From Ostreococcus tauri (lineage: Eukaryota): 5,959 nucleotides of DNA. The stretch spans positions 355,323 to 361,281 of the forward strand of contig CAID01000015.2 in the NCBI GenBank assembly GCA_000214015.2, written 5' to 3'. The position numbers and the translations under genes are program-made. The number at the start of each line of letters is the position of its first letter. Position 1 is the first letter of the stretch. Shown in pieces: positions 4,693 through 5,959 of the stretch. The notes under the pieces are model-generated. The model made no database searches and was not told the DNA's origin. It worked only from the letters and a program-made list of their open reading frames with translations.

Positions 4693-5040
4693 AAGGATGG
4701 GAAGAACGGGGTGTACTTCATCGAACCGAGGGATAAGGCGACGGTGGGACGACAGTTCGACGTGAAGATGGGGGTGAAGGGCTACGAGCTCGCCCCGGCG
4801 GCGAACGGGTTACAGGAGGGCACGGGACACCACCACCTCATCATCGATGGACCGACGTTCGTGGAGAAGGGAGCGGAGATTCCGTTCGATGAGACCCATT
4901 TACACTTTGGGAAGGCGCAGAAGGAGGGGGTGGTGAACCTGACCCCGGGCGAGCACACGCTCACGCTGCAATTCGCGGACGCCAAGCACCGGTCGTTTGG
5001 GAAAAAGTTTGCCAAGCAAATCACGGTCATCGTGGAGTAG
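4471..5040 (+). CDS. DUF4399-family protein (conserved GHHH motif) with a long N-terminal bipartite targeting sequence; 189 aa
   Basis: 4471 is the first ATG in frame; the track start at 4411 is a TTG. The mature part is KDGKNGVYFIEPRDKATVGRQFDVKMGVKGYELAPAANGLQEGTGHHHLIIDGPTFVEKGAEIPFDETHLHFGKAQKEGVVNLTPGEHTLTLQFADAKHRSFGKKFAKQITVIVE. It shows the pattern I associate with DUF4399: F-x-x-P-x-D-x-x-V, GHHHL-ID (GHHH at 4825-4836), H-x-H-F-G-x-x-Q-x-E and L-x-P-G-x-H-T-L-x-L-Q. The stop is TAG at 5038-5040. Confidence 0.82.
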   Translation: MLAPLSLVPPCRAHFTRGRNTNAPSSVRASAARRTIEKRDDASARGDIVDGRRRVLGALIALTCSMTTDDAAMAKDGKNGVYFIEPRDKATVGRQFDVKMGVKGYELAPAANGLQEGTGHHHLIIDGPTFVEKGAEIPFDETHLHFGKAQKEGVVNLTPGEHTLTLQFADAKHRSFGKKFAKQITVIVE

Positions 5041-5103
5041 AAGGTTCGTATCGCGCGCGCGGTGCTATTATAAGAGCTAACTAATTTTGTGTGTTGATCG
5101 CGC
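5041..5103. terminator. 63-bp tail-to-tail spacer between the DUF4399 stop (5038-5040) and the DUF3429 stop (5104-5106); 3'-end formation region for both genes
   Basis: It lies between convergent stop codons. It has an AT-rich core, ctattataagagctaactaattttgtgtgttgat, flanked by a CG run (5051-5060). The role is inferred from position. Confidence 0.4.
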
Positions 5104-5604
5104 TCACGCCTCGGATCCGTCGTTGCCGTCGTCGTTGACGCCTCGAAACGCCGTCGCGACGAGACTCGCGCACGCCGTCGCCGTGAGCGCGTATCGCGTG
5201 GGCATCATCCACTTCGGGTATCCACCGCCGATGGCGTACAGCGTGTCCACGCCGGCAGCCATGGCGAGTCCTCCGATCAGGGTCCCGCACGCGGCGACTT
5301 CGCTCGTCGGCGTCACCGCCATCGCTTGCCACGCCAACAGACTCGGCGCGACCCCCCACGCGTACCGCGTCGCCATCTGCGCGGGCGTCATCGACGCTCG
5401 CTGACAATTCATCGCGTAGCCCCAGTGTATGCCACCGAGAAAGCTCAGGACGCTCGCCCCGTACGCGATCTGCGCGCGCGCCACCGTCTTCGGCTCGAAC
5501 ACCGCGCGCAGGCCCGGGAGGCGTCGAGAGACGTCCGGCGTGAGCGCGACGAACGGCACCGCGCCCAGGACCCCCAGGGCGTGCGGGGCGATCGCGCTCG
5601 ACAT
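5104..5604 (-). CDS. DUF3429-family multi-pass membrane protein; 166 aa from the ATG at 5604 (alternative upstream ATG at 5754)
   Basis: The translation is MSSAIAPHALGVLGAVPFVALTPDVSRRLPGLRAVFEPKTVARAQIAYGASVLSFLGGIHWGYAMNCQRASMTPAQMATRYAWGVAPSLLAWQAMAVTPTSEVAACGTLIGGLAMAAGVDTLYAIGGGYPKWMMPTRYALTATACASLVATAFRGVNDDGNDGSEA. By eye it has about five hydrophobic segments. The Y-G-A-x-x-LSFLGG-x-HWG motif (5463..5410) is what I associate with DUF3429. The track start at 5808 is a TTG and overlaps the plus-strand gene that starts at 5744. Confidence 0.78.
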   Translation of the reverse strand: MSSAIAPHALGVLGAVPFVALTPDVSRRLPGLRAVFEPKTVARAQIAYGASVLSFLGGIHWGYAMNCQRASMTPAQMATRYAWGVAPSLLAWQAMAVTPTSEVAACGTLIGGLAMAAGVDTLYAIGGGYPKWMMPTRYALTATACASLVATAFRGVNDDGNDGSEA

Positions 5605-5743
5605 CGCTCGCGTGCGCGCGCGCGCTGACCGTGGATGAGCGACACGCGCGCGCGGCGTCGAGGGATGCGTCGACAGATGTCGTCGCGGTCGTCCGCGTCG
5701 GCAGTCCGCGTCGGCAGTCCGCGTCGCGCGCGCGTCGCGGGCG
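5605..5743. promoter_or_regulatory. 139-bp head-to-head spacer between the DUF3429 (5604, minus) and right-edge gene (5744, plus) start codons (putative bidirectional promoter)
   Basis: Position between divergent ATGs. It contains CG alternating runs (5617-5630, 5645-5653) and a 13-nt tandem repeat (5688-5726). It is similar in size to the 134-bp spacer at 1025-1158. Confidence 0.5.
5688..5726. repeat. Tandem repeat, three copies of a 13-mer (gtcgtccgcgtcg / gcagtccgcgtcg / gcagtccgcgtcg)
   Basis: Read directly. Copies two and three are identical (5701-5713, 5714-5726). Copy one (5688-5700) differs at two positions. The unit length is not a multiple of three. Confidence 0.85.
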
Positions 5744-5959
5744 ATGGAGTACATCTCTCCGAACACGTCGGTGACGATCGAGGGACTCACGTCCAGGCCC
5801 GAGCTCAACGGCGCGCGAGGGGTGGTCAGGGAATACGCGCCGAGTCGCCAGAGGTACCGCGTGGAGACGGTCGCGAGCGATGGGACGTCGACGGAGATGT
5901 ACGTGCGACCGGAGAACGTGCGAGCGAGGGTGGGTGGGGAGGATGAGACGAACGCGCGC
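5744..5959 (+). CDS. 5' part (72 codons) of a protein beginning with a GL-x3-PELNG-x-x-G-type module; CDS runs off the right edge
   Basis: The frame starting at 5744 is open to the window end, exactly 72 codons with no stop. The ATG has G at -3 and G at +4, and is the first ATG after an in-frame TGA at 5636-5638. The translation is MEYISPNTSVTIEGLTSRPELNGARGVVREYAPSRQRYRVETVASDGTSTEMYVRPENVRARVGGEDETNAR. It is not in the ORF track because there is no in-window stop. The track instead lists an Arg-rich out-of-frame ORF at 5635..5946. Confidence 0.7.
   Translation, partial: MEYISPNTSVTIEGLTSRPELNGARGVVREYAPSRQRYRVETVASDGTSTEMYVRPENVRARVGGEDETNAR

Noticed and set aside
5081-5946. ORFs 5081..5407 (minus), 5087..5404 (plus), 5326..5628 (plus), 5429..5638 (plus), 5445..5645 (minus) and 5635..5946 (plus)
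   Set aside because: They are Arg-rich alternative-frame or antisense readings of the DUF3429 gene, the GC-rich spacer and the right-edge gene. The frames I call contain conserved motifs, and these do not.
1-5959. Prokaryotic-style features: CRISPR arrays, defence islands, IS elements or integrases, operons, Shine-Dalgarno sites, rho-independent terminators
   Set aside because: None is present. The window has spliceosomal introns, Kozak-type start contexts, alternating gene orientation and organelle-targeting presequences, so a prokaryotic reading does not fit. I recognised no tRNA or rRNA-like sequence.

Overview
This window is eukaryotic, not prokaryotic. It is a very gene-dense, GC- and CpG-rich nuclear segment with GT..AG spliceosomal introns and plastid-type targeting peptides. 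By eye it most resembles a green picoalga of the Mamiellophyceae type (Ostreococcus/Micromonas-like), but I cannot verify the taxon without a search.

I can support seven protein-coding genes in 5.96 kb. In order they are: WD40 protein (minus), inositol monophosphatase (plus), small disordered protein (minus), class-I methyltransferase (plus), DUF4399 protein (plus), DUF3429 membrane protein (minus) and a 'PELNG-module' protein (plus). Head-to-head spacers are 134, 284 and 139 bp. Tail-to-tail spacers are only 65 and 63 bp, and there is one 99-bp tandem spacer.

The two window-edge genes (1..1024 minus, 5744..5959 plus) are missing from the supplied ORF track because they have no stop inside the window. 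The inositol-monophosphatase gene appears in the track only as fragments, because seven 53-112 nt AT-cored introns interrupt it. Most other track ORFs are antisense or out-of-frame artefacts of GC-rich DNA.

I found no rRNA, tRNA, CRISPR array, transposon or prokaryote-style defence or mobile system, and I see no convincing novel multi-gene system. The items most worth a second look are:
- the intron-dense IMPase gene among intronless neighbours, with two ambiguous in-frame donor choices and one in-frame stopless intron;
- a DUF4399 'GHHH' protein with an apparent bipartite transit peptide plus twin-arginine (thylakoid-lumen) signal;
- a start-codon conflict between two divergent genes, beside a 13-nt tandem repeat;
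- the very short convergent spacers.

All family assignments come from my reading of the translations, not from searches.
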